NCBI GenBank assembly: GCA_965199855.1
Contig: OZ241326.1
Span: 1,568,001 to 1,632,000 of the forward strand
Direction of reading: 5' to 3'
DNA length: 64,000 nt
Source: a bacterium
GTDB taxonomy: Bacteria; UBA8248
Made by a program: the position numbers and the translations under genes. Of the stretch, positions 9,831-22,111 are shown piece after piece. The number at the start of each line of letters is the position of its first letter. The first letter of the stretch is position 1. The notes under the pieces are model-generated. The model was not told the DNA's origin, made no database searches, and saw nothing but the letters and a program-made list of their open reading frames with translations.

Positions 9831-10517
9831 ATGGAAAACCTGTTTCTCTCGGTGGACAGAAGAACGCGGACGAGGAAAAGCGGCGCCCGCGCGGTGAGAA
9901 AAGCCGGGAAGGTGCCGGGCGTCGTGTATGGGATACGGGAGTCCACGCCGCTGACCATCGATCCGAAGGAGCTGGAGGCCCTGCTCGGCACGCGCGCCGG
10001 CGCCAACGTCGTTTTCCAGCTGCGCGTTGAGGGCGAGGCCGAATCGGAGCGCCCGGTCATCGTGAAGGAGCTCCAGCGCGACTCGATGAAGGGCGCGATC
10101 GTTCACGCGGATTTTCTCGAAATCCGGATGGACGAGAAGATTCAAGTCGCCGTCCCCCTCGTCCTGGCGGGCGAGTCGCCCGGCGTGAAGCTCGGCGGCA
10201 CCCTCTCCCAGCTGATGCGGGAGCTGGAGGTCGAATGCCTTCCGAACGCCATACCGGAGCGGATCGAGGTCGATGTCGCGGAGGTGGACATCGGCGACGT
10301 GCTCCATGTGCGCGATCTGCGGCTTCCCGAGGGCGTTGATTTGATGGCCGATTCCGATGAGCCGGTTCTGACGGTGCTCGCTCCCGTTGAAGAAGAGGAA
10401 GCGCCCGAGGATGAGCTCCTCGAAGGGGAGGCTGCCGGAGCGGACGCGCCGGCCGCCGACGCTTCGGCCGGCGAGGGCGATCAGTCCGCCGGGACTTCCG
10501 CCGAAGAATCCTCGTGA
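9831..10517 (+). CDS. rplY: 50S ribosomal protein L25/Ctc
   Basis: GKVPGVVYG, HADF, GVKLGG; acidic tail; follows prs. Confidence 0.95.
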   Translation: MENLFLSVDRRTRTRKSGARAVRKAGKVPGVVYGIRESTPLTIDPKELEALLGTRAGANVVFQLRVEGEAESERPVIVKELQRDSMKGAIVHADFLEIRMDEKIQVAVPLVLAGESPGVKLGGTLSQLMRELEVECLPNAIPERIEVDVAEVDIGDVLHVRDLRLPEGVDLMADSDEPVLTVLAPVEEEEAPEDELLEGEAAGADAPAADASAGEGDQSAGTSAEESS

Positions 10518-10548
10518 GGCGTTCGGAGAGCGTGAAGCCGGGGACGGG

Positions 10549-11088
10549 ATGGCCGCCGCCGCTTTGATCGTCGGTCTTGGCAATCCCGGCGCGGAATACG
10601 CGCTGACGAGGCACAATCTGGGATTCCGGGCGGTGGACAAAATCGCGCGCGCCCATCGCGTGTCGATGAGCGGCTCGAAGCGTAACGCCGTTGCGGGCGG
10701 CGGGTCGCTTCGGGGATGCGCGTTCATCCTGGCGAAGCCCCGGACGTTCATGAATCTGAGCGGCGGGGCGGTGAAGGCGCTCCTGACGCGCGAGGGGCTG
10801 GAGCCAAGGCGCCTGCTCGTGATTCACGACGACATGGATATCGAGCTCGGCCGCGTGAAGTTCAAAAAATCGGGTGGAGACGCGGGCCACAACGGAGTCG
10901 GCAGCGTCATTCGCGCTTTGGGAACGGAGGAGTTCGCCCGCCTGCGCATCGGCCTGGGCAGGCCGCCGCGGGGAGTGAACGGGGCGGACTGGGTGCTGGA
11001 TTCCTTTCTGGAGCATGAGCTGGAGGCGGTGGAGCGCGGCGTTGACGAGGCGGTGCGGCGGGCGTCCGACTTCGTGGTCGGCGGGTAG
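10549..11088 (+). CDS. pth: Peptidyl-tRNA hydrolase
   Basis: [35 protein letters not shown]. Confidence 0.96.
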   Translation: MAAAALIVGLGNPGAEYALTRHNLGFRAVDKIARAHRVSMSGSKRNAVAGGGSLRGCAFILAKPRTFMNLSGGAVKALLTREGLEPRRLLVIHDDMDIELGRVKFKKSGGDAGHNGVGSVIRALGTEEFARLRIGLGRPPRGVNGADWVLDSFLEHELEAVERGVDEAVRRASDFVVGG

Positions 11089-11183
11089 GCGCTGCATCCG
11101 CCCGGCGGTCTCGCGCGCCGGGAAAATCGCCGAGCGGACGCTTCTCTCACGGGCAGGCCCATCAGGAGGAGGAAGGGGAGATA

Positions 11184-13181
<1,998 letters not shown>

Positions 13182-13260
13182 AGCGGGCGGGGTTCGACCA
13201 AGGATGAACGCGGCTCTTCGCGCTTCACGCGGAGAGGCGGTGGCTTGACGAAGGCTCGCG

Positions 13261-13269
13261 TGCTAGACT
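13261..13269 (+). promoter_or_regulatory. Extended -10 promoter of the rpsF operon
   Basis: TGnTAGACT immediately before the structured leader. Confidence 0.45.
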
Positions 13270-13286
13270 GCCGCGATGACGACGCG

Positions 13287-13335
13287 CTCCTCGCTCCGGC
13301 CGGATGAGGCCGGGGCCGCTCAGTCCGGGAGGAGG
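13287..13335 (+). promoter_or_regulatory. S6:S18-type ribosomal protein leader RNA
   Basis: CTCCTC (13287-13292) can pair with the rpsF SD GAGGAG (13329-13334). Inner hairpin GCTCCGGCC/GGCCGGGGC is followed by CCG, matching the known S6:S18 leader layout. Confidence 0.65.
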
Positions 13336-13340
13336 ATTGG

Positions 13341-13745
13341 ATGAGACGATACGAAACGATGGTTCTGCTGTCCCCCGAACTCGCCGATGAGGCCGTGGAG
13401 GAGAAAATCTCCGGCTTCGAGAAGCGAATCGCCGAGGGGGGCGGGGAAGTCCTGAACGTGGATCGATGGGGCAAGAAGCGCCTCGCCTATCCGATCGACC
13501 GCCAGCGGCACGGCATCTACTTCATCGTCACCTATCATTCGGAGCCGGGGGTCGTGGCGGGCGTAGAGCGCGCCATGCGCATCGATGAGGAGACGTGGCG
13601 ATACATGACGGTGCGGATGGACGAGGCGCTCATGCGGAAGCTCGAGAAAAACGCGAAGAGCGCGGCCGCCAGGGAGAAGGAGGGCGGCTCGGAGGGTCGG
13701 GACGGCGATTCGCCCAGGCGATCCCGCGCGTCGAGAGACTCATAA
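13341..13745 (+). CDS. rpsF: 30S ribosomal protein S6
   Basis: MRRYETM, WGKKRLAYPI. Confidence 0.96.
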   Translation: MRRYETMVLLSPELADEAVEEKISGFEKRIAEGGGEVLNVDRWGKKRLAYPIDRQRHGIYFIVTYHSEPGVVAGVERAMRIDEETWRYMTVRMDEALMRKLEKNAKSAAAREKEGGSEGRDGDSPRRSRASRDS

Positions 13746-13763
13746 AACGGCGGGGGTGTCATC

Positions 13764-14195
13764 ATGGCGCAGATGAATTCCGTTTATCTCAGGGGGAACA
13801 TGACGCGCGATCCGGAGAAGCGGTTCCTGCCTTCCGGAAACTCCGTCGTTTCCTTCGGGTTCGCGGTCAACCGGCGATACCGCAGCGGAGACGATTGGAA
13901 GGAGGATACCTGCTTCGTGGACGTGGTCGTCTATGGGCGGCAGGGCGACTGGGTGATGGAGCAGGCCGGCAAGGGAAGCCCCCTCGTCGTGGAGGGGCGC
14001 CTGAGCTTCCGCTCCTGGGAGGCGCAGGACGGCTCCCGGCGCAGCAAGCATGAGGTCGTGGCGAACAACGTGCATTTCATCTCCCGTCGGGACGAGGCGC
14101 CGGCGGGCGCCGGCCAGGGGCGGGGCAACGCGGAGCCGTCGCACGCGCCGCCCCCGCAGGAGTCGCCCATGACGGACGACGACATACCCTTCTGA
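13764..14195 (+). CDS. ssb: Single-stranded DNA-binding protein
   Basis: [14 protein letters not shown]-terminal DDDIPF. Confidence 0.96.
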   Translation: MAQMNSVYLRGNMTRDPEKRFLPSGNSVVSFGFAVNRRYRSGDDWKEDTCFVDVVVYGRQGDWVMEQAGKGSPLVVEGRLSFRSWEAQDGSRRSKHEVVANNVHFISRRDEAPAGAGQGRGNAEPSHAPPPQESPMTDDDIPF

Positions 14196-14233
14196 GGCTT
14201 GAGGCATCCGCTTGTCAGCATGAGGAGAGAGTC

Positions 14234-14506
14234 ATGGCGCTTGTTCCCCGAGGGTTCGGCGACAAGAAAAAAAAGAAGAAGAAAAAGCGCTTTCAGCGCA
14301 AGAAGATATGCCGCTTCACCGCGGACGGCGTGGCCTATATCGACTACAAGGACGTGAAGACTCTCCGGAACATGGTGAGTGAGCGCGGGAAGATCATCCC
14401 GCGCCGCGTGACGGGCACCTCCGCGCGCTTTCAGCGGCAGTTGACCACGGCGATCAAGCGCGCGCGCTACATGGCGCTGATGCCCTACACCGTAGATCAT
14501 TCCTGA
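14234..14506 (+). CDS. rpsR: 30S ribosomal protein S18
   Basis: [22 protein letters not shown]. Confidence 0.97.
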   Translation: MALVPRGFGDKKKKKKKKRFQRKKICRFTADGVAYIDYKDVKTLRNMVSERGKIIPRRVTGTSARFQRQLTTAIKRARYMALMPYTVDHS

Positions 14507-14523
14507 GCCGGAGAGAGGAAGCG

Positions 14524-15117
14524 ATGCGCCTGATACTGCGGAAAGAGGTGGAGAATCTGGGCGACGTGGGGGACGTCGTCGAGGTCGCCGACGGCTACGG
14601 ACTCAACTATCTCATCCCCCGGGGCATGGCGCTTCACGCCACGGCGAGTACGGTGCGCGCCGCGCAGCACGAGCGGCGGTTGCGCGAGGCGCAGGTCCAG
14701 GCGGCGAAGCGGGGCGCGGAGGATTTCGCGGGCGAGTTCTCGGGAGTCGAGCTCGAATTCACGATGCGCGTGGGCGAGGACGGGAGGCTGTTCGGCTCGG
14801 TGACCAACCGGATGATCGAGGACGCCCTGCGGGAGCGGGGCCTCGCGGTGAACCGGAGGAAAATTCTTCTGGAGGAGCCGATCAAGAAGGTGGGTGCCTA
14901 CGAAGTCGCCGTCAGACTGCACCAGGACGTGCGCGCGTCCATCCGGGTGAGAGTCGCCCCCGATGAGACGTTCGTAGAGCGGAAGGCCCAAGAGGCCGAT
15001 GCGCCGCCGGATGCGGCCCGGGCGGAGGAGGCGGAAGCCCGGGCGGCCGATTCCTCCGGGGAGAGCGAGCCGGATGCGGCGCGCGGCGCCGAAGCCGATG
15101 AAGAGGCGCCCGAATAG
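14524..15117 (+). CDS. rplI: 50S ribosomal protein L9
   Basis: LGDVGDVVEVADGYGLNYLIP, GRLFGSVT. Confidence 0.96.
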   Translation: MRLILRKEVENLGDVGDVVEVADGYGLNYLIPRGMALHATASTVRAAQHERRLREAQVQAAKRGAEDFAGEFSGVELEFTMRVGEDGRLFGSVTNRMIEDALRERGLAVNRRKILLEEPIKKVGAYEVAVRLHQDVRASIRVRVAPDETFVERKAQEADAPPDAARAEEAEARAADSSGESEPDAARGAEADEEAPE

Positions 15118-15180
15118 CCCTTCGCCCGCCTGCTCGTTTTTCGGCGCGCGGCGGCAATGCGTTTGATATCATGTAGATGG

Positions 15181-15212
15181 AAGGAATCGCCCCGGGCGGG
15201 GGCGTCCTTTTT
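15181..15212 (+). terminator. Probable intrinsic terminator after rplI
   Basis: AAGGA..CGCCCC-loop-GGGGCG-TCCTT stem followed by a T run. Confidence 0.55.
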
Positions 15213-15335
15213 GACCCCGGCGCTGAAAAGGGCGCTTTTCGCCGTTTTGAATCTTGTCCCGCTCTGATGTAGTCTGGATGCAGTCCAAAGGCCACGCCCG
15301 CTTGTTCCACTCGATGGTGATTCGGAGTTTTTGAG

Positions 15336-16760
15336 GTGGAAGCGCCCGCTCGAGAAGAGCGGTCCGGGCAGCCGGGCCACGTCCCCCCGCAAAACATAGA
15401 GGCGGAGCAGCGCGTGCTGGGCGCCCTGCTGCTCGACGGCCAGATGGTTCCGCCCGTCATGGAGGCGCTGAGGCCGGAGCACTTCTACCGCATGAGCCAT
15501 CGCGTGATTTACGAGGGAATGCTCCGGCTTTTCGAGCGGGCCGAACCCATCGACCTCCTCACCCTGGCCGACGTTCTGAAGAAGGCGGGAACGCTCGACA
15601 CCGCGGGCGGCCCCGAATACGTCGCGCGCCTGGCGGACGACGTCTCCAGCGCGAGGCGCGCGGAGACCCACGCGAAGCTCGTCCGCAGCGCGGCGCTGCT
15701 CAGGGAGCTGATACGCACCTCGAACGCCATCGCGCAGAGGGCGTTCGCGGGCGAGGAGGACGTCGACGCGCTCGTGGACGACGCCGAGCGCGCCATGCTG
15801 GAGGTCTCCTCGGGGCGCTACCAGCAGAGCGTCGAGGAGATGCGGGAAGTCATCAAGGAGACGTTCCCTTATCTCGAGGATCTTTACGACCGCAAGGAGC
15901 TGGTCACCGGCGTTCCCACCGGCTTCTCCGACCTGGACAAGCTGACGAGCGGCCTGCAGCCCGGGGAACTGATCATCATCGCCGGGCGCCCCAGCATGGG
16001 CAAGACGGCCTTCGCGCTGTGCGTCGCCGAATACGCCGCCCTGGCCTCGAAGGCCGCCACGGCGGTATTCAGCCTGGAGATGAGCGCGCGCGCCCTCGCC
16101 ATTCGCATGATGTGCGGCCGCGCCATGGTGAACTCCCGGCAGCTTCAGAGCGGCTACATGCCGTCCCAGAAATGGCCGGATCTGATCCGGAGCGCGGGCG
16201 AACTCTCCGAGGCTTCCATCTACGTGGACGACGCGACGGATTTGTCCGTGTTCGACATCCGGGCGAAGTGCCGCCGCGTCCAGGCGGAGCGGGGTCTGGG
16301 CCTCGTCGTGGTCGATTATCTCCAGCTCGTCCACCACAGGGGCCGCTCCGTGGAGAACCGCCAGCGCGAGATCAGCGAAATATCCCGGGGGCTGAAGGGT
16401 CTGGCGAAGGAGCTCAACGTTCCGGTGGTGGCGCTCAGCCAGCTCTCGAGGGCCGTGGAATCGAGAGAGGGCAAGCGTCCCAATCTCGCCGACCTGCGGG
16501 AGTCCGGCTCGATCGAGCAGGACGCGGACGTCGTGGCCCTGCTCTACCGCGAGGAATACTACGAGCCCTCGCCCGAGAACAGGGGGCTCGCGACCGTCAT
16601 TCTCGCCAAGCAGCGCAACGGGCCGACCGGGGAGGTGAACCTCAAGTTCTTCCCGGATTACGCGCGGTTCGTGAACCTGGACGCCTACCACGAAGGGGCG
16701 GCCGCGGCCCCGGAATACGCGGAGCCCGGATTCCCCGAGGCCGAAGAAACGCCGTTTTAG
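15336..16760 (+). CDS. dnaB: Replicative DNA helicase
   Basis: PPQNIEAEQ, GRPSMGKT, VDYLQL, LSQLSR, DLRESGSIEQDAD; no intein. Confidence 0.97.
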   Translation: MEAPAREERSGQPGHVPPQNIEAEQRVLGALLLDGQMVPPVMEALRPEHFYRMSHRVIYEGMLRLFERAEPIDLLTLADVLKKAGTLDTAGGPEYVARLADDVSSARRAETHAKLVRSAALLRELIRTSNAIAQRAFAGEEDVDALVDDAERAMLEVSSGRYQQSVEEMREVIKETFPYLEDLYDRKELVTGVPTGFSDLDKLTSGLQPGELIIIAGRPSMGKTAFALCVAEYAALASKAATAVFSLEMSARALAIRMMCGRAMVNSRQLQSGYMPSQKWPDLIRSAGELSEASIYVDDATDLSVFDIRAKCRRVQAERGLGLVVVDYLQLVHHRGRSVENRQREISEISRGLKGLAKELNVPVVALSQLSRAVESREGKRPNLADLRESGSIEQDADVVALLYREEYYEPSPENRGLATVILAKQRNGPTGEVNLKFFPDYARFVNLDAYHEGAAAAPEYAEPGFPEAEETPF

Positions 16761-16802
16761 CGGCGGGGGCGCGGGAGCGTCTCCTGAACGGGGGGGTGCC
16801 GC

Positions 16803-17987
16803 TTGAGCGAACATTCCTTGCCGGGCGGGTATCGCAACGCCGTTTTCATCGATCTGGACGTTCTGGTTCAAAACTACGGGAATCTGGCCGCTCTGCCCGG
16901 CTCCCGGGAGCCGCTCGCCGTCGTCAAGGCGGAAGCCTACGGGCACGGGGGGGCGGAGGTCGCCCGCGCCCTTTACGAGGCGGGCGCCAGATGGTTCGGC
17001 GTGGCGGCCGTCGAGGAGGCGGAGGCGCTGCGCGCCGCCCAGGGCATCGGGCCGGAAAGCGGGGCTTCCGACGCGCGGATACTCGTGATGAGCGGCGCGC
17101 TGGCGGAGGGCGCGAAAAGGCTGGTCGAGGCGGACTGCGACGCCGCCGTCTGGCGCGTGGAGCAGGCGGAAGGGCTGGCGAGCGCGGCGAGGGCGATGGG
17201 CGAGCGGGCGAGAATCCACGTCAAGGTGGATTCGGGGATGGGGCGCCTGGGATTGCGGCCGTCGGAGGCGCTCGATTTCATTCAAAGGGCGTCCCGCATG
17301 GAGGATATCGAGATCGCCGGACTGATGAGCCACTTCGCCCGGGCGGACGAGGAAGAGGGAGAAGCCGCGACTCTCGGGCAGATTCGGGAGATGGAGGCGC
17401 TGATTCGGGCGCTGGAGGAGAAGAGCCTGCTGCCTCCCCACGTTCACATGGCGAACAGCGCGGGGGCGCTGAACTACCCCCGGACGCCCGGCAATCTCGC
17501 GCGTCTGGGCATCGCCCTTTACGGGGCCTCCCCCGAATTTTCCCGAAAGACGCCTCTCAGGCCCGCCATGACGTGGGCGGCGAGGATATTGCAGGTGAAG
17601 GAAATCGACGCGGGCCAGCCGATAGGATACGGCGGAACCTACCGGAGGAGCGCTCCCGGGCGAATCGCCCTGGCGGCGGCGGGCTACGGGGATGGGTATC
17701 CCCGCATCCTCTCCGGCCGCATGGACGCGCTCGTCCGGGGCGCGCGGGTTCCCCTGGCCGGGCGCGTGTCGATGGACATGCTCGCCCTCGACGTATCCGG
17801 GGTCCAAGGCGTCGCGCCGGGAGATCAGGCCGTTCTGCTGGGCGAGGCCGGCGATGAGGCCGTCCGTCCCGAGGAGCTGGCGGATCGGGCCGAGACGATA
17901 CCCTATGAGATCATGTGCGGGGTGGGAGGCCGCGCGCCGAGAATCTACCTGCGGGGAAGCCGGGTCAGCCATATTCGCAAGCTGTAG
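16803..17987 (+). CDS. alr: Alanine racemase
   Basis: VVKAEAYGHG PLP-lysine motif, HVKVDSGMGRLG, GYGDGY, GRVSMD. Confidence 0.95.
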   Translation: MSEHSLPGGYRNAVFIDLDVLVQNYGNLAALPGSREPLAVVKAEAYGHGGAEVARALYEAGARWFGVAAVEEAEALRAAQGIGPESGASDARILVMSGALAEGAKRLVEADCDAAVWRVEQAEGLASAARAMGERARIHVKVDSGMGRLGLRPSEALDFIQRASRMEDIEIAGLMSHFARADEEEGEAATLGQIREMEALIRALEEKSLLPPHVHMANSAGALNYPRTPGNLARLGIALYGASPEFSRKTPLRPAMTWAARILQVKEIDAGQPIGYGGTYRRSAPGRIALAAAGYGDGYPRILSGRMDALVRGARVPLAGRVSMDMLALDVSGVQGVAPGDQAVLLGEAGDEAVRPEELADRAETIPYEIMCGVGGRAPRIYLRGSRVSHIRKL

Positions 17988-18013
17988 CGCGTTCGCCTTA
18001 CCGGAGACGGGGC

Positions 18014-18772
18014 ATGGAGACGGCCAAGATCGAATACAGGGCGGTCAGAAAGAGTTTCGGCGAAAACCGGGTGCTGCGCGGCGTGGACTTTCAGATTCCG
18101 GAAGGGCGCATCACCGCCATCATCGGCCGAAGCGGCGAGGGCAAGAGCGTGCTGCTGAAGCATTCGCTGGGTCTGCTCTATCCCGACAGCGGCGAGGTGC
18201 TGATAGACGGGGCGGACATCTCGAAGCTGCGCGGAAGGGCGCTGAACCGGGCGCGCTCGAGGTTCGGGATGCTCTTTCAGGGCGCGGCGCTGTTCGATTC
18301 GATGACGGTGGAGGAGAACGTGGCGTTTCCCCTCGTGGAGCATTCCGGCCTGACGCGCTCTGAAATATCGCGGCGCGTGAAGGAGAAGCTGCGCCTCGTG
18401 GGGCTGGAGGGCGTGGAGGCGCGAATGCCCTCCCAGCTCTCGGGCGGAATGAAGAAGCGCGTGGGCCTGGCGCGGGCGATTGTCCGCGATCCTGAGGTCG
18501 TCCTGTATGACGAGCCGACGACGGGGCTCGACCCGATACTTGCCGACTCCATCCACCGCCTGATCGTCCGGACGCAGGAGGTTCTGCGGGTGACGTCCGT
18601 GATGATAAGCCACGACGTGGAAAAGGCGCTCGGGTTCGCGCACTACGTCGGAATGCTGCACCAGGGGAGGATGGCGTTCGCCGGAACGCCGGAGGAGCTC
18701 CGCGCGTCGGCGGATCCGCTCGCGCGGCAGTTCCTCGCCGGCAGCTCCGAGGGACCGATAGAAGTCCTGTGA
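18014..18772 (+). CDS. mlaF: ABC ATPase, MlaF/Ttg2A family
   Basis: GRSGEGKS, LFQGAALFDSMTV, LSGGMKKRVGLARA, YDEPTTGLDP. Confidence 0.88.
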   Translation: METAKIEYRAVRKSFGENRVLRGVDFQIPEGRITAIIGRSGEGKSVLLKHSLGLLYPDSGEVLIDGADISKLRGRALNRARSRFGMLFQGAALFDSMTVEENVAFPLVEHSGLTRSEISRRVKEKLRLVGLEGVEARMPSQLSGGMKKRVGLARAIVRDPEVVLYDEPTTGLDPILADSIHRLIVRTQEVLRVTSVMISHDVEKALGFAHYVGMLHQGRMAFAGTPEELRASADPLARQFLAGSSEGPIEVL

Positions 18773-19971
18773 GCCGGCCCCTGCGGTTTCGAGTCGAGAG
18801 CGCGGACGCGAGGAGCAAGGCGCGCGCGGGCCGCCTCGCGCTTCCGCGCGGCGAGGCGCGCACCCCCCTCTTCATGGCCGTCGGCACCCGGGCGGCCGTC
18901 AAGACGCTGACGCCCGGGGATTTGTCCGCGGCGGGCTGCCGGGTGATTCTCGCCAACGCCTATCATCTCTCCCTCCGGCCCGGAGCCGGCGTCATCGCCA
19001 GGCTGGGCGGGCTTCACCGGTTCATGGGCTGGGACGGCCCGATTCTGACCGACAGCGGCGGATACCAGCTTTTCAGCCTCGCGCCGCTCGCCAGGGTCTC
19101 TGACGAGGGAATCGATTTTCAGAGCCACATAGACGGCGCGCGGATGATGCTGACGCCCGAGCGCGCCGTGGAGATTCAGGAAGACCTGGGCGCGGACATC
19201 GCCATGGCGCTCGATGAGCCTCTGGGCTTCCCCCATACGCGGGACGAGGCCCGCCGCGCCCTGGAGCGGACCACCCTCTGGGCCGAAAGGGCGAAGAAGG
19301 CGCACGCGCGGGAGGATCAGGCGCTTTTCGGCATCGCGCAGGGAGGAGGCTTCGAGGAGCTGAGGGCGCGGAGCGCGCGCGAGCTGGCGGAGATGGATTT
19401 TCCGGGCTACGCCGTCGGCGGCCTCTGTCTGGGAGAGGCGAAGGCGCGAACCGACGCGCTTCTCGACGCCGCCACCGACGCGCTTCCGCCCGACAGGCCG
19501 CGCTACGCGATGGGAATGGGCACGCCGGCGGATTTGATTCGCGGCGTCCGCAGGGGCGTGGACATGTTCGACTGCGTGATGCCGACCCGCCACGCGCGGC
19601 GCGGGAATCTCTTCTCCTGGGGGGGCAGGCTCGCCATCAAGAACGCTTCGCACGCCGAGGCGCCCGGGCCGATCGATCCGCGCTGCGGATGCGAGGTCTG
19701 CCGGAAGGGATACAGCCGGGCGTATCTGCGGCATTTGTTCCGGGCGGGGGAGACGCTGGGACTGCGCCTGATGACGATTCACAACCTCTACTTCTACCAG
19801 AGCCTGCTCGCGCGGGCGCGAAAGGCCATCGAGGAGGGGCGCTTTTCAGCCTGGGCGGAGGAGCAGCTCGCAGGCCCCCTGGGCCGCGACCCCGAAGGGC
19901 CGCCGGGCGGCGGGCGGGGGCGTCGGGATCGAGCGGGACGCCTGGCTTCGGGGGCGTCCGCCGAAGAATAA
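18769..19971 (+). CDS. tgt: tRNA-guanine transglycosylase
   Basis: TDSGGYQ, DMFDCVMPTR, CxCxxC zinc site, HNL. Confidence 0.96.
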   Translation: MSRPLRFRVESADARSKARAGRLALPRGEARTPLFMAVGTRAAVKTLTPGDLSAAGCRVILANAYHLSLRPGAGVIARLGGLHRFMGWDGPILTDSGGYQLFSLAPLARVSDEGIDFQSHIDGARMMLTPERAVEIQEDLGADIAMALDEPLGFPHTRDEARRALERTTLWAERAKKAHAREDQALFGIAQGGGFEELRARSARELAEMDFPGYAVGGLCLGEAKARTDALLDAATDALPPDRPRYAMGMGTPADLIRGVRRGVDMFDCVMPTRHARRGNLFSWGGRLAIKNASHAEAPGPIDPRCGCEVCRKGYSRAYLRHLFRAGETLGLRLMTIHNLYFYQSLLARARKAIEEGRFSAWAEEQLAGPLGRDPEGPPGGGRGRRDRAGRLASGASAEE

Positions 19972-19995
19972 GCGACTGATTCTTAATGCCTTCGC

Positions 19996-20024
19996 TTGAC
20001 ATGGGGCGGGGGCTTTGCTACCAA
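19996..20024 (+). promoter_or_regulatory. Putative sigma70 promoter for yajC-secDF
   Basis: TTGACA, 17-nt spacer with TG extension, TACCAA. Confidence 0.45.
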
Positions 20025-20076
20025 GCCCTGTTTGCGGCCCCCGCGGGGGCGCTCTTTTTCATGGAGACTTCGGAGA

Positions 20077-20481
20077 ATGCTCGATTCTTTCGCGGCATGG
20101 CTCGGGGGGGCGTCCGCCGCCCACGCCATGGCCCCGTCCGGCGGCGGCGGAGATCAGCCCGGCTTTCTGATTCAGCTGGCGCCGTTCCTGATGATTTTCG
20201 CCATCATCTATTTCGTCATGATCAGGCCCCAGCAAAAAAGACAGCAGGAAGTCCGCCGGATGCAGGAGGCGCTCAAGCCCGGCGATCAGGTCGTCGCGAA
20301 CGGGATTCTGGGCGAGGTGGCGAGGATCAAGGACGACGTCGTAACGCTCAAGGTGGATGAGAACGTGCGCATTCGCGTGCAGAAATCCTTCGTGACGAGT
20401 GCCGTCCCGAGCGCGGACAAGGCGGAAAAAGCGGACAAGGCCAAGGCTCCCCGGAAAGAAAAACCGGAAAAGCAGAAGTAA
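20077..20481 (+). CDS. yajC: Preprotein translocase subunit YajC
   Basis: YFVMIRPQQKRQ, LKPGDQV, GILG. Confidence 0.93.
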   Translation: MLDSFAAWLGGASAAHAMAPSGGGGDQPGFLIQLAPFLMIFAIIYFVMIRPQQKRQQEVRRMQEALKPGDQVVANGILGEVARIKDDVVTLKVDENVRIRVQKSFVTSAVPSADKAEKADKAKAPRKEKPEKQK

Positions 20482-20560
20482 GGCCGCTTCGCCGCCTGGT
20501 CGGCGAGGCGGTTTCGGAAGCGGGCGGCGTCGGGCCGCCCGGCGCAGGGAGGGCTTCACG

Positions 20561-22111
20561 ATGAGGGGCGCAGGCTGGCGGGCGGGCTTGATCGCGGTCG
20601 CGATAGCCGCCTCCGCGTTCTATCTGACGCCCCCGGGCGAGCGCATCAACCTCGGGCTCGATTTGCAGGGCGGGATTCACCTGGTTCTCGAGGTGCAGTC
20701 GGAGAAAGCGGTCGAATCGAAGATGAGCCGCTACTTCACGGAGCTGAGAAACCGCCTTTCCATGGACGACATACGAACCCGGGCCTTCAGGCGCGAGGGG
20801 CTGAGGATAACCGCGGCCCTTCATCGCCCCGGCGACCGCGGGCGCTTCCTATCGATGATGGGGAATTATCCCGACCTCACCCTGGAGAAGGAGGAGGGCG
20901 CGCCCCCGACGTTCGTCTATTTCCTCTCGCGCCGGCAGGTGGAGCAGACGAAGGAGCAGTCCATCGTCCAGGCGCTTGAGACGATAAGAAACCGCATCGA
21001 TCAGTTCGGCGTGCGCGAACCCACCCTTCAGCGGCAGGGAGAGCGGCGAATCATCGTTCAGCTTCCCGGGGTGGAGGACCCTGCGCGGGCGAAGTCCCTC
21101 ATCGGGAAAACGGCGCTTCTGGAGTTCAAGATGGTGGACGGCGAGGCCAGCGCCGCGCGCGCGCGGGAAAGCGGACGCGCGCCCGAGGGCCTCGAGCTTT
21201 TGTACGAAACATCGAGGGACGGCCGCACGGGCGAGGTAATAGATCGCGTCCCCCTGCTGGTGAGGAAGGAGGCCGCCCTGACGGGGGACAACCTCACCGA
21301 CGCGCGCGTGGAAATCGGGGATCGCTTCAGCCAGCCCTACGTTTCCATCGCGTTCGATTCCGTGGGGGCGGATTCGTTCGACCGCCTCACGGCGGCGAAC
21401 GTGGGCAGGCGCCTCGCCATCGTGCTGGACGGCGTCGTGTACAGCGCCCCCGTCATTCAGGAGCGAATCAGCCAGGGCAGGGCGCAGATAACGGGAAGCT
21501 TCACGCTGGAGGAGGCGCGGGATCTGGCGATCGCCCTGCGGGCGGGCGCGCTTCCCGCCCCGGTGGAGGTTCTGGAGGAAAGGAACGTGGGCCCCTCGCT
21601 GGGGGCGGATTCCGTGCGCCAGGGCCTCGTGAGCATCATCGCCGGGTTCGTTCTCGTCCTGATATTCATGGCCATCTACTACAGACTGAGCGGGGCCGTG
21701 GCCATCATGGCGCTCCTGTTCAACCTCCTGATTCTCATGGGCGCGCTCGGCTTCTTCGGCGCCACGCTCACCCTGCCGGGAATCGCCGGCATCGTTCTGA
21801 CGGTCGGCATGGCCGTTGACGCCAACGTTCTGATTTTCGAGCGAATCCGGGAGGAGCTGCGCCTGGGGAAGACCATTCGCTCCGCCGTCGATTCGGGCTA
21901 CGGAAAAGCCTTCCTGACGATTCTCGACGCGAACGTCACGACGCTCATCGCCGCGCTGGTGCTCCTCCAGTTCGGAACCGGCCCCATCAAGGGGTTCGCC
22001 GTCACCCTCAGCATCGGGATCGCGGCGAGCATGTTCACCGCGATTTTCGTGACCCGGTTCGTCTATGACTTCTTCCTGTGGCGGACCGACGTGAGGAGCC
22101 TGAGCATATAA
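20561..22111 (+). CDS. secD: Protein translocase subunit SecD
   Basis: LGLDLQGG, RIDQFGVREP, LRAGALPAP, GMAVDANVLIFERIREE. Confidence 0.97.
   Translation: MRGAGWRAGLIAVAIAASAFYLTPPGERINLGLDLQGGIHLVLEVQSEKAVESKMSRYFTELRNRLSMDDIRTRAFRREGLRITAALHRPGDRGRFLSMMGNYPDLTLEKEEGAPPTFVYFLSRRQVEQTKEQSIVQALETIRNRIDQFGVREPTLQRQGERRIIVQLPGVEDPARAKSLIGKTALLEFKMVDGEASAARARESGRAPEGLELLYETSRDGRTGEVIDRVPLLVRKEAALTGDNLTDARVEIGDRFSQPYVSIAFDSVGADSFDRLTAANVGRRLAIVLDGVVYSAPVIQERISQGRAQITGSFTLEEARDLAIALRAGALPAPVEVLEERNVGPSLGADSVRQGLVSIIAGFVLVLIFMAIYYRLSGAVAIMALLFNLLILMGALGFFGATLTLPGIAGIVLTVGMAVDANVLIFERIREELRLGKTIRSAVDSGYGKAFLTILDANVTTLIAALVLLQFGTGPIKGFAVTLSIGIAASMFTAIFVTRFVYDFFLWRTDVRSLSI

Noticed and set aside
14264-14287. 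A-rich tract in rpsR as a frameshift or phase-variation site
   Set aside because: It encodes an in-frame Lys run in the basic S18 N-terminus, and the frame is intact.
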